Origin: Pseudogymnoascus verrucosus
Taxonomy: Eukaryota
DNA length: 64,000 nt
Direction: 5' to 3' (one strand)
Assembly: GCA_001662655.1 (NCBI GenBank)
Contig: KV460208.1
A program made the translations under genes and the position numbers. The notes below the pieces were generated by a model, which made no database searches, had not been told where the DNA came from, and was given only the letters and a program-made list of their open reading frames with translations. Shown here one piece after another: positions 14,693 to 27,700 of the stretch (within the stretch, counting starts at the first letter, position 1; every line of letters begins with the position of its first letter).

Positions 14693-15281
14693 GTTGGTAG
14701 TTGCTTCTCAATAACAAATCTATATATAAAGGTGGGTTCACTGGTTATAAAATAAGCCTGTCGTCGAAGGCGTAAAAGGGCGTAGTTGATAAGATGTATG
14801 AATCGTCGCAATGGTGCATCTGGTCGTCGTCGTCGTGTTGTCCCTCAGACAAGTGCATTCCTACTCCTATTGGCTAGACCGAGTCGAGGTAAACAGAGCT
14901 AAAGCACGTGTAAACTTCAGCCTTGTACCCCCCTTCCTTTCATTGGTGGTAGTTGGCGCGAGGCTCGAGGCACGGACGCAATAACCTTAATGCCGTTTCA
15001 GGGGCCAAATACGCACTGCATGACATTGGAAATGCTTCAAGTATCGGGGAAAACTGATTGCGAAAGAACTCGAGACAGTTAATACGACTTATTCAACATT
15101 CAGGATTGATTATATATTGGATACATTAGTTTGCAACAGTCACACTATCCAGGTGGGACTCGTTGATCGCATTCGTTTATCGTCACCGCGCATCAACTGC
15201 CCCGCCAATGCGCCTCACACATCGTTAATATAAACTGGCTGGAAGCGAATATAAGTTCGCCCTCAGCCCCCCATACTAGCT

Positions 15282-17855
15282 ATGGCGACTACATCGACTA
15301 GCAGCGGTATTCTTTATCGACCTCCTACAAACGGCACTACAAGCTCCCATGGCAGTGCGGCAAACAGACGAACTTCCCTCTCGTCCTTCCCCTCGTCTCG
15401 CGCCGCGTCGCAAGTCTCCGAACATTCGCGCATATCTAAGTCCCCTGCTCCTCCTGCGCATGATGATGGCCAGCAATCCCAATGGAACTCTACCCAAAGA
15501 GCAAAGACACCATCGAGCGACATTTCCCCACATTCGTCACAGTCCCCTGTGAAGTCCAACCCCAATGCGCATTCCCATAGAAAGTTGCGTTCCCAATACC
15601 CACGCGGAGACACAGAGAATCATGTCGAGTACATCCTTGTCGCGTCATTTGATATCGATCGAGGACCTGTCATGGAACACCAATATCCAGTAGCTATAAC
15701 TGGAGACGAACACATGCTCGCAGAACTTATGTTACCGGACCAAGCGCATGTACGGAACCAAGATTGGACAATATTTTTCCTACATAAAGATACGAGCCAG
15801 GAGGAGGAAGAGGCAGAACTCAAGGCCGAGAAACGCCGTAGAAAGAAGAGAAGGAGGGATATTGCGGAAGGCCTAGTCGAGGCGGACGAAGAGGACGAAG
15901 CGGACCTAGAAAATCACCCATCAGATGATGATAGCGACAGCTCAGAAGAAAGTGAAGATGAGGGAGGCGAAGGGCCTCCGCTTATTTACGTTTTAAACTT
16001 GGTGAATACCAAGCAAGATAAAACGGCCAAGAGAGGAGCTGTTGTGAAGGCCATGGCGATATGCACAAGGCATCCATTCTTACATATTTATAAGGTTGGT
16101 ATCTGCCATGATTCATACTGTTCAGCTGCTAACTGTTTAGCCCCTTTTATTATTAGCATTGGAGGAGTACTTTAAGGCTCCCCACCCAACCACTCTGTCT
16201 GTTTTATACGATGCAGTAAATACTATGGATCTTTCGCTCATGCCAAGGTTGTCACTCCTTGAGAGATATTTACTACAAACGAGCGATAATCAAGATCTCT
16301 TCTTGGAGAAGTTTGAGCAGATGACTCATATAAGGATGGCTGAAGACCGAGGAGAAACGATCAAAAGTGCAGCAATTGGACATAGCAGCCCGGAGAAGAA
16401 ATCGGATCTCACCAGAAATGGTACGAGAGCGCATGTCCAGCAAGGGCACCCCGAATACTTTGTGCCTCGAGATACTCACGAATTCGAGACACGGGTCATC
16501 TACAACGGGATTCCGATACCAATCAAAGTCCCGGTTGCGATCGCGCCAGAAACCGTTGGCGACTTCTCGATGATTAAACTGATACAGACCTTTGGGGATC
16601 CTCACGCTAAAAACCCACAGCCATTCACTCTACACTCACACCTTACCACTGGTGGGGCATATACTCATCCTATCATCGTCCTTGTAAATGCCATTCTTAC
16701 TCAGAAGCGGGTTATATTCTTAGGCCACAACAGGCCTTCTGGTGAAGTTGCTGAAGCAGTTCTCGCTGCTTGTGCATTAGCATCAGGAGGTATCCTTCGT
16801 GGCTTCACACGCCATGCCTTCCCATATACAGATTTGAGCAAGATCGATGACCTCCTCAAAGTTCCAGGTTTCATTGCCGGTGTGACGAACCCGACGTTTG
16901 AGAACCACCCAGAATGGTGGGATGTCCTATGCGATCTTCCGACTGGACGGATGAAAATAAGCCCTCGGATTGAGCAAGCACCTGTAACTGAAGGGTTGGT
17001 CTTTTTCCAACAACAGAACCCACAGTTTTCAACTCATACCATTGCGGCTACATCTACTACGCCAACGTCTGCTGATCCAACCGGTGATGCTGCGTTTATG
17101 GCTGATGTTCTCAAAAGCATAGCTGCTCGGCACGGTGAAAATGCCGTGCGATCAAAGTGGAGAGTTTGGGTTGAGAAGTTCGCTCGAATTTCAGCAGCCT
17201 TCGAGGAAACAGTGTATGGTGCTAGTGCTCTGTACATAGGCAGTGAAGAAGACCCCAAACATGCTGATGGCACTAGTGGACACGGCTACGTCTGGAGCGA
17301 TGAAGGGGCGAGGCAAAAATCGCTTGCCGGAAATGCAAGCAGGATTGAAGGATGGCGTAATACTAGAAGCTATTATAGCTTTATCCAGGTAAGACGACAG
17401 TCACTCCAAAAGTTTACTCCCATTAATATTCTTAGGATCTTGCTCGATATTTCACCGTTCAACCTCAGAAATATATAGACTTGCATCACCTTCATGACCG
17501 ACTGAAAGTTCAGAAATTAACCCAAGCGGCTTCGGGAGAGATATACATTGCATTCTCAAAAGCAGCAGTGACGTATGACGAGATCTGCCAACTTCTTTCC
17601 GTCTGTCCTGTGAATCAAGCTGGTGTGTTTTATATAGCTTTAGGGCTATTCCATAAGGACATCGAGGTACGGAAATCGGTTGTTGAGCTTTTGGAACGGA
17701 TCAGCGAGCACGAAGCTGGGCGACATTGGTGGAAACGCCTCAGTCGCTTCGAGAGGTTGGCATATATTAGGATTAAGATGGAGATAGAGGCAGGTGAAGG
17801 GGGCTCTGGCAAGCAGGCCAAGCGTTCTCCATTCGAGGGTTTACGGGATAGTTGA
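15282..17855 (+). CDS. mesA: MesA/Afi1 polarity protein (DENN-like); 3 exons
   Basis: [66 protein letters not shown] and [10 protein letters not shown]. Introns 16095-16140 and 17389-17435. Confidence 0.88.
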
Positions 17856-18196
17856 TTGGGTTATGTTTGTTTTGGATGGTGTATGAATCACGAGGCTATG
17901 ATAGCGACGACGGTTACATTTATGATTTAGGCGCCCATGGATAAAGTTATGATCTGAAGATGGGTAGTGAGCGTTGGTATTATAATTTTGCCCATTCAGA
18001 TATTGTTATGATCGTGCCTTGCGGATTATCGTGACCCCAGGGTTACGGAAGCGGGGTAGAGGGGTGAGTGACATCGTCATAGGCCTTGGCCCGGCCAATT
18101 TCGGACAATAAAAAAGCGTCCCAAATCCATAGACCCTGCGCTCTTTCTCTTATAGTAAAGGCAATTGAACGTCACTTCCTATTTCATTCATTCAAT

Positions 18197-19255
18197 ATGG
18201 CAAAGGCTTTCAGTGTCCAGGCGACTATTGCGTCGTTCGGGGGGAATTTATTGAAACTTGAGCACAATGCGACGTCGACAGGCTCGACAATGAAGTTGAA
18301 CCTCTTCTTGCCCGCTCAAGCCGAGAAGGGGAAAGTACCCGTCATCTTTTATCTGGCAGGCCTGACATGTACTGGGGACAACGGGGCGGAGAAGGGCTTC
18401 TTCCAGGCGACTGCCAGCAAGCACGGAATCGCCATTGTATACCCTGATACAAGTCCAAGTTCGTCCCCTACCTCCCACCCAAGCTCTCACACTCCCCAGT
18501 AGTATGACAGAGTCCATGCTAACTAAAGCCAGGGGGTCTCGGTGTTCAAGGCGAAGATGAGTCCTGGGACTTTGGCACGGGTGCAGGATTCTACCTCGAC
18601 GCGACGAAAGGGTCGTACGCGGCGGGGTACAAGATGAGTTCCTATATCACAAAAGAGCTTCCAGTAGCTCTATACGGACAGTTTGAGAACCTAGATAGCT
18701 CCCGAGTGAGCATTATGGGCCACTCAATGGGTGGCCACGGAGCCTTAACTCTGTTTTTGAGGAACCCGGGGATGTATAAGAGCGTCAGCGCTTTCGCGCC
18801 AATCTCCAACCCGAAGAACTGTCCTTGGGGACAGAAGGCTTTTGGGGGTTACTTGAAGAGTGAGGAGGAATATGATGAATGGGATGCAACGGAGCTTATT
18901 AAGAAATGGGGAGGTGACTTCGAGGCACTGATTGATGTAGTGAGTGGTCATAATAGATAGAGAGCCTTAGTAGCTCTTGGGAAGATAACATAGTGTGCTA
19001 ACACGCAACAGGGCGATGCCGATAACTTTTACAACCATGGCCAGTTGCTGCCTGAGAACTTCATAGAGGCTGCAAAGTCCAAGGGCAAAGCCGACAAGAT
19101 CAATTTAAGGATGCAGAAGGTAAGAACCATTGTGGCAGCTCAATAAGCATAAGACGACAAGCTGACAGGAATAATAGGGCTACGATCACAGCTACTTCTT
19201 CATCTCCACTTTCTCCGAAGACCACATCAACTACCATGCCAAACGCCTATTGTAG
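18197..19255 (+). CDS. S-formylglutathione hydrolase (esterase D); 4 exons
   Basis: YLAGLTCTGDN, PDTSPRG, WDFGTGAGFY, nucleophile elbow GHSMGG, GYDHSYFFISTF. Three canonical introns. Confidence 0.92.
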
Positions 19256-19529
19256 AAGGTCTTGATTTGTATTCAGATTACACATTCCCCGTCTCTCAAA
19301 GTAGTGATAGGGCCAACACGAATGACTAGAGCTTAGCACTAGAGCCAGCATGCACCACGCAAATACAGTATATGTGAACAATCAAGCCTCCTGTATTTTC
19401 ATTGTGATGTACAGACCAGACTTCAGTCGTGTCCAGAACGCCATTTTTTTCTCCATCCAGAACCCATTATCATATGCATCGCTAAGAAATCAGAAAGTAT
19501 TGAAGAAAGGGACCCATCCGAGCCAAATC

Positions 19530-20169
19530 TTAAGTGAGAAGTTCTTCACAAGTCCAGTCCTCATACCTGAAACATGTAGGTTAGCACTTAAGACAGAACG
19601 AATCGAGGTGTAAAATCTTACCATCCGTCTGGCATGTACCTCCTGACAATCAGAGGGATCTTCTTTTCCCTCAGTTCCTTGATGGCGATCTGAAGCGGGT
19701 CCGTCTCGCCCTCCAAATCGACCAAAACCGGTGCGTTCATGCTGATTTGCAGCGCCCTTGTGCCCAAGATTCTCGCCCGCTCATACTTCGTCATGTACGG
19801 AGTGGTTGTCCTCTGGTCATTCGCGATCTTCTTATCCTTTGGGGCCTTATCCTTTCCTTTGGCGGCGGCTGCTGATGGGTCGCCAGAGATCACAACACCG
19901 TGCTCACCAGTCGCAAGGAGCTGGTCGGGGTTCTGTGCGGCTTGGAGGTCATCGATCTGGGCAACTTCGTCCTCGCCGTTGTATGGCTCTGGCTCTTCTG
20001 GGTCGTACTCGGGCTCCTCATCCTCGTATGCTGGGGAGTTTCTGTGCCACTGTGTTAGTAATGAAGGGTCAATTGCTATCGCGCTGCTGGTGGCTGGCAG
20101 AACGCGACCTCATTAGTCCCCCATGTGCACTTACCCTCCTCCCCCATAATCATCTCCAGCGTCAGACAT
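19530..20169 (-). CDS. RPB6: RNA polymerase I/II/III shared subunit Rpb6; 3 exons
   Basis: [73 protein letters not shown]. Acidic N-terminus; two canonical introns. Confidence 0.96.
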
Positions 20170-20476
20170 GTTGAAACGATTGCGCGCTTTTGATTTGAGA
20201 GGATGTGATTGTAGAGTTCGGAGAACAGGCGTGGAGAGTGGCCGTTGTTGATGGGGCTCTTCCGCACTCACAAAGAATTTACGCTCCTCAGCAAGATACC
20301 TTAGCTTGGCGCCAAAATTTAAGGTTTGCGACAAGAACTTGGCTCACCGCCTTCCTCCCTTGTCCCAAAATATTCTGTCACCTCCACAACCACTCGGTGC
20401 CAACCGCAAAATTATGTCAACTTTGTCGCACAGAGTTTTGATCATGACAACAACAATTTCGCTGTAGACCAAATTT

Positions 20477-22194
20477 ATGGAGGGCGGCATCATGGAAGTC
20501 AGCGATACTAAACGGAAGGCCACACGCACTCTACGTGGCTCGTCAAAGAGAGCAAAGATCGAATCTTCTGCCATTGGTAAGTTGCTAAGTGGTTACCTCA
20601 TTGCTATTCTGCCAGATGCTAATGGGCAATAGATCCTGCATTCTTCAGTTCTGATAGCGACGGCGATGACAATTACTCAGACCAGGGCGAATCCGATGCT
20701 TCTCATGATGAGGATCTCGAGCCTACAGAGACTCCACAGACACCGTTCTCCCCGCCGCAGCGAAAATTCCCATCAGAATTAAAGACCATAAAATGCACCT
20801 ATGACGGTTGCACGAAAACCTTCAACAGGCCTGTTCGCCTTGCATCTCATCTCCGGTCACATACGAATGAGCGTCCATTTGCATGCACATATGCAGACTG
20901 CGATAAAGCGTATATAGAAGAGAAACATTTAAAGCAGCATATCAAGGGATCTCACACGCACGAAAGAAACCACCACTGTGACTGGGAAGGCTGCACAAAA
21001 AGTTTTCTAACGGCTACACGACTTCGAAGACATCAAGCAGCCCATGGGGGACATGAACGCTTTCGCTGCACGGAATATCCGCCGTGCACCGAGACCTTCC
21101 GGAAACATCAAACCCTACAACGTCATATTCGTTCAGACCACCTAAAACTGACCCCATTCCCATGCACATTTATGGACCCGACTACAAACTTGCAATGCAC
21201 GGCGGGATACGATTCAGCCGGAGCCCTAAGGAAACACGAAGACCGCCTCCACGGTGCCCTCCGATTCTGGTGCGACGTCTGCACCACAGAAGGCGCTCCG
21301 CAGCCAGCCGGCTTCCCCACAAACACCCAACTAGCCAAACACATCCGCAACGAGCACGCAAACTGTATCTTCTGCGACCTGCGATGCTCCTCCGAGCGCG
21401 AGCTACAACGCCACATCGAGACCTTCCACGCCGCCACCTCCTCTTCCCCAGCAAGGAAACAGATCCCATGCACCTACCCCGGCTGCGATAAATCGTTCAC
21501 CAAGAAATACAACCTCGATGTCCACGTGCGCACCTCGCACGAAGGCCAGCGTTTCATCTGCGGCCAAACGGATTTCAGCAAGTCCGCTAAGCTAAGGACA
21601 TGGGATGGTTCAGATGCCTGCGGGAAGGATTTCGTCTCCAAAGTCAACCTCGAGGACCACATCCGCACCCAGCACCTCGGGCTCCCGAGCACAGTCAATG
21701 CCCGCCGCGTCAAGAAAAACAGCATCGGCGCGAAGCCACGCAAGGCAAAGTCCGTCATGGACGACGCAGTTAACGCCCTAACAGGGACGAACTACGCCCA
21801 AGACCCCGTCCGCAACATCCCCTGCGACGTCGGGGAATGCGACTGGATGTTCTCCCGGGACTATGATCTCATTCAGCACAAGCGCGTGAAGCACGGCGTC
21901 GTTCCCGTGTTCGAGACGAAGCCCGAGATGCTGCAGCCGGATTTCGGTGGTATGATGATGGAGGCGCCGGAGCCGATGTATAATGGGCCTCCGCATATTA
22001 GTGATGATAGGGGGGAGTGTGAGCGCCTTAGTTGCCCGCATTGGGATCATGTGGTTTTATATGATGATTATTATGGCCTTGATGGATTTATGGGGGTGGA
22101 GGAAGGGGAGGCTGATATGGGGCTTCAAGGGGGGTTGGAGTATCCCGAGCCGCCGGATTATATGACTGGGAAGACATATGATCTAGAGATTTAG
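20477..22194 (+). CDS. PZF1: Transcription factor IIIA (multi-C2H2 zinc finger); 2 exons
   Basis: About ten C2H2 fingers starting CTYDGCTKTFNRPVRLASHLRSHTNERPFAC. Intron 20577-20632. Head-to-head with RPB6, as in S. cerevisiae. Confidence 0.82.
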
Positions 22195-22696
22195 ATGGGG
22201 GGTGGGTAAAAGTTTATATGGGGGGATTCGCAAGTGCTGCGTCTCTCCTTATTGTTAGCGATTTTTGAGCTTGGTAAAAGAGCACGCTTGGGTGTATCCA
22301 AGCATATATGTGTTTATGACCTCATGAGAATAGAACAAGATTCAAACCATCATTTCTGATCTTTGATTTCGAGCAACGTACTACTACAACCCGTGCTGCT
22401 CAGCCGAGCAAGTCTACCCTCCCTTATATAAGTGGCCAAGGCATACTTTGTACACAACCTGATCCCCCTTTAATCCCATATATGCAACCCCCCCTTTAAA
22501 CTTCAAAAAATACACCAAAAACACCATCCCTTCCCACCTCCTCCCTAACCCGCACAGCAAGCCAGCCGTGACTTATATGCAGCCCTAACCCAAACGACCC
22601 CGAGCAACTATCACAGTACTGTATAACCCGTCCTCTCCCTATCCAGCCCAGGCAGTCACGACCAAAAGCCACTAGAGCACGACGCACGCGAAACCC

Positions 22697-23816
22697 CTAC
22701 TCCCTCACCCCCATCAAACTCAACAACCCATCCGCCGCCCTTCCCTTCACCCCGCTACTAGTCAACTCCTCATCGCCCCCCGTCGCCTCCACCTGCATAT
22801 GCCTCGGCAGCGGCGTCAGCATCTCCACCTTCTCCGGCGACGACAGCCCCTCAACATCCACATCCACATCCACATCCACATCCACATCCAGCATCAACTG
22901 CCTATTCTGGGGTCTGGGCGTCGCGGACCCGGGCTCCTCGATCTCCGAATCAGCCCTGGGGGGAGAGTTGGCAACGGCGGTGGTGGGACGCGCTGGTGCT
23001 GAACTCCGTCTTGGGAGGGCGGGGAGCAGTTCGAGGCGCGAGAGGGGGATGTCGTGTTGGTTTGTTTTGAGCTTGTACATTGCGAATTTTAGGCGGAGGC
23101 GGAGGGCGGTGGCGTTCTATGGGGGAATTAGTGGGGGTTTCTTTGGTTTTGGTGAGGGAGGGAATGGGGGGAGGGAGTTTACCTCGCGGAGCTCGGAGTC
23201 GGTGGTGTTAGCTTGGGCGGTTGGGGAGGGTGATTCCCTTGCGGAGTTGGGGACTGTGTCGGGGGACGTGAGGACTGTAGAGTATGAGCTCTCCAGTGGC
23301 ACCTCTTGAGACACTGATGGTGTCCTGGCGCGAACGGATGTTGCTTGGGTCGACTGCATTGTCATTAGCACGTGGTCCTCACCCATTAGTAAAGAAAGAA
23401 TAGCATACCTCAAGCCCCTCATCCCCCTCCGCGTCCACCCCCTCCACCTCACTTGCCAAACCCAACCCACCCATCTCCCCCCCGTCTGTTCTCGCAACCT
23501 TAACACTCCCCTCCTCGCGCCCCTCCACATCCGTAGGCGCCTCCTTCCTCTTCTCACTCCTCGGCTCCTCCTTGGGCCCAACAACGCGTACCGGCGTCTC
23601 CCTCAGCACCTCCACCTGTACCTCCGCAGTTTCCAATAACTTCTCCTTCAAGCTCCTCGCCACCGGCTCCATCTCCGCATCCCCATCACCAAACACAAAA
23701 TCCCGTTTCCTAACCACCGACTTCTTAGGACTGCCAAGCGGGGAATTAAGGTGCTTGTTGACGTCCAGCGCGCCGAGGGCGATGCGGGAAAGTGTGGGTT
23801 GGCTGGGCGTCTCCAT
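22697..23816 (-). CDS. Whi5/Nrm1-family G1/S transcriptional repressor; 3 exons
   Basis: GTB-like motif LRLRLKFAMYKLKTNQ after splicing introns 23408-23354 and 23182-23117. Many SP/TP sites; C-terminal AADGLLSLM. Confidence 0.72.
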
Positions 23817-23922
23817 TTTGTTTTTTTTTGGGAGAGAGAGAGAGAGAGATAGGAGGCGGGTTGGGCGGGGATTTATGGGAAGTGGTGGTGGAAGGTGGAT
23901 GTTGTGAGCGGATGTGACTGCG

Positions 23923-24173
23923 TCGCGTTGTGTCTCGTTCCTAATAAATCACCCACGCGTTAGCCATGCGTTTTAGAGGAAAAGCACAACACACCAAACC
24001 CCGCCGCGTATGCCAAATGCCGTAGCAAATGAATTGAAAGAATAAGATAGACTTACAAGAAACGTCCTCTTACACAAACAAAGTAAAAGGAGATCTTCGA
24101 ACGCGGATAATATTGTGAGAGGAACTCTAGTTGTAAATGCAGTGATAAATAAGTTACTTATTTCCAGTCGCGT
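23923..24173. promoter_or_regulatory. Cluster of MCB-like (ACGCGT / CGCG-core) elements upstream of the Whi5/Nrm1-like gene
   Basis: Perfect ACGCGT at 23955-23960. TCGCGT at 23923 and 24168, CCGCGT at ~24004, ACGCGG at ~24101. Confidence 0.5.
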
Positions 24174-24771
24174 AAGCATGCTCGAAGACGGGAGGGGGGC
24201 GAGCCACACGTTCATTCGGCTGTTACCGAGTAACCCTGCTAGGTCGCTGGGGACCCTGATCGGCACCAGCCACACGTGATCTGTGGCTGATGTTCAAGGT
24301 CACATGATGTCATATTTAGGCATGTAACGCAGTCGCAAACCCCTATGCTCCCAGGGGCATTTCAAACCTGTCACTTTTTTGAGTCAAGAGTCAAAAGGCC
24401 TAGATGTGTGGATCGCCAGAAAACCATATATAGATCATTAAGAATATTCATGAGAAAATATCGTCACGGGCTCCGAGAGCTAAAAACTAAAATACACCCC
24501 CCTAGAGTAAACCGTACTTTCTTTCCTTCCTACAGTCGCGCTCAGCTTCCAGCTTCCATACAATAGATCAATCACCCCCAACGCCGCGCTATCGCCATCA
24601 AAAATTTTAATCTCCCCCTTCCAACAGATACCGCAATTCCCGCGCCCCGTGTAAAAATTCGAATCGACCCAAGATATTCCCCCAAAAATCAAAGCACTCA
24701 TCAAAATAACTCCAAAAAGAACACGCCCCCCCCGTCCTCTAAATTTCTTTCAATAAAGATACATCATCCTC

Positions 24772-27700
24772 TTACAGATCCTGTTCGTTCATCCCGAACA
24801 ACGATGTATCAAACGGAAACGGCTTGTCCGGCGCCGAGAAGTCGATGAACTGGTCCCAGGACTGGGAATCGTTGTTCGCCAACAGGTCGGAGTCGACCAT
24901 CACCGAGTCGTCCACGCCGCCGACGGTGATCTCCCCGAATCCCAAGAGGTCATCCGCGACGCTCGCCCCAAAGGGCATCCAGTTGACGTCAAACTCGCTG
25001 GAGTGAAGGTCGATGCTCAGATCCATGCCCTCCGTGATATCGCTATTGGGTTCAGAGATCCCATCCTTGCTCGACTCCGGCGTGTCGTTCGGCGTGATGG
25101 AGCGATAGACGTCCATGTTCGAGATGGCACCTCCGGCTCCAGTCTCGAATTTCTGGAAGTTGTGCAGCAGATCCTGGGGATTGACAGACGAGTTGGCCCA
25201 TAGATTCTCTGGAGTCGGCTCAGCCTTAGGTGCAGGCTGACCCTTGGCAGGAACCTGTTTCGCCGCTACTGGTGTACCTTGTTTCCCATCGGATGGCTTT
25301 GTCGTCTTGGTGGACGTGGCGGGGCTAGGCTTTCCGGTTGTGCTAGTCTGTGCTTTCATAGGCACTGCAGAAGCGGCTGCACCCTTGCTGTCGACATCAG
25401 CGGCTCCATCTGCTGTTTCGCTCTTCTTCGTCGTTCCATCTTCCTCCAGGCCAACCATCCGCGACAATTGATTTAGCATAAACGTTACAGGCTCCTTCAG
25501 AGGCTTAACATGCTCTTCTTCCTTGTGTTTCTCCAGCTCCTCTTCGGTCGCAAATGGATCGTTGAAGAAATGGTCACAATCGATCTCCGGGCATCCCCAC
25601 ATCGTTGGCCCTTGCTTAACTTCTCCCATCTGCTCCTGTTGCATATCCGGCGCGCCAGCAGCTTGCGGAGGAAGGATCTTCTGGGTGGCAGCTTGTGGAG
25701 AGCTGTTGCTGTTCTTCCTCTTCTTCTTGGGCGGGATATGGAGCTGCGTAGAGTCGATCTGCGGCGGTCCATACATGACAGGCACGCCATGGGGTGAGTT
25801 GAGGGCAAACGGCGGTTGCGAAGTAGTCGGTGCCGCTGGTGTCTGTGATTTACTGACCGAGCGGTTGCGAGCCTTGTTTTGCTGCTGCTGCTTCGCCAAT
25901 GCCTGCTGTTGTTGCTGAAGATTGGCCGCATTGAGTGGCACGGACGGCTGAGGCATAGCTCCAGTGGCTGGAGGCTGGCCAGTAGCTGGACCTGCAGCAC
26001 CTTGCGATCTTGATAGGCCAGGGTATTTGACAAGCACATCCGCAATCATGTTCTGGGCAATGTTCAAAGCTTCGTCGACATCTTTCATCCCCATAGAAAA
26101 GGTCTGTTTCGGGGTCTGCATTGACGGATCCTCAAACTGCTGGGCAACTTTGATTTGCTAGGACGGGTTAGTCATGGTTTATTGTAGGGAAATATACGCT
26201 GAAACTTACAGTGCGGAAGAAGGTTCTCAATCGGTTCTCATCATGCGTAATGGCGAACCAGCGTGGTGCCACTTTAGAGACATTTGAGAGTTTCGGTGCT
26301 GTGTTAACCAACTTGTTCGCCACAGCCTGCCTCGTGTTTTGATCCATCGGCAAGTCCTCCGGGGCCTTGAATTTCGAGATTTCTTCTTGTCTAATTGAGT
26401 GGAATAGCGTCATGTCTTCCGGCGTAGGCAGAGGACCAACTTGGGGTTTGCTCTGTTGGAATCGCTGCATGCTCTGGATATACTGCTTTCTCTGGTCGGG
26501 AGTAAGAGAAGCTACCTGCTCTGCCGTAAGATTGAACCGGGGCGGTTGTGGCTGTCCGGGCTTCTGCTGTTGGTTCACCTGCTGCTGCTGCTGAGTCTGC
26601 CTGGCAGCTTGCTGAGCATTTGGATTCGGAACCTCAACAACATCATCACTACTAGCTCGCTTCAAGCTCTTGCCTTGTTGAGGCTGAGCTGGAGATGATG
26701 CTGGCTGTTTAGCCTTTGCAGCACGCGCTTGCGCAGCCGTAGGCTGTTTCACATCAGCTGACGGTTGAGCTTGTGGTGGGCGTGTCGGCTGCACAGCTGG
26801 TTGTCCGCTCTGGGGCCTTGCCATCTTCTGTCCTTGCGCTGCTTGCCCTTGCTGAGCCTGGGGCTGTTGTACTCCAGGACGCTGCGCAGCAGCCATAGGG
26901 CCGGCCTGTCCAGTCGCTTGGGGTATTAACCCCTGATGCATTTGCTGCTGTTGTTGTATCTGCGCCAGCTGCCGTTGTCGGTTCAGCAATTGATTTTTGA
27001 CCAACGTTTCCCTGATTTGATCGTCACTCATGCCTGCCAATCTTCCGCTTGGATGCGCTCTAGCCTTTTGGATGTCCTCCATGGACACGGTCGCTGCGCT
27101 AGCCATGTTCTGTGCTATTTGGTGATTCTGTTGCGGCTGTGGCTGGCCCATCTGAGCAACAGGAGCTCCCATCGCGGGGTTTACGCCCATTTGTGGCTGG
27201 CCGCCTACTTGGTTCATGTTCCTGCCGGCCTGTTGCTGCAAACGCTGCTGCTGTTGTGTCATTCTAGCGCGGACGAGGCCTTGGTAGTGCATCCTTTGAA
27301 GCTGCTTCACTTGCTCCAATAACTGGGGCATATTTCCGAAGTTTTGAGCAACCCAGGTTTTCAACTGGCCCCACCTCTTAATCTCCGGTGGTACCTGTCG
27401 TGGAATATTCTGAACCGCTTGTGCTGGGAACTCCATATGGTCGATTTGGCTAATGGCAGCCATATCTCCCATTGGGGTCTGCGGCACATTGCGGCCCTGC
27501 GCTTGCTGCTGGGACATTCTGTTCGCGATCTGTTGCTGCATGAGCATCTGCTGCTGCGGGTTCATTCCGGCCATCATTTGCTGGTTAGGACGTTGAATTT
27601 GCTGGCCATTTGGCAAAAACTGAGCCCCCATCTGGTTCGCTACATTCTGTTGTTTCATCCCAGCCTGTGGCATTCCCTGGTTGGGCCGGACCATTTGGCC

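Noticed and set aside
14889..14914. Forkhead-like GTAAAC(A) sites in the light chain/mesA shared promoter
   Set aside because: Plausible for a cytokinesis gene, but two short matches are not significant without conservation data.
20042..20134. Possible stwintron or micro-exon in RPB6 intron 1 (two branch-like motifs)
   Set aside because: A single canonical intron restores the frame, and no second donor is re-formed after the internal AGs.
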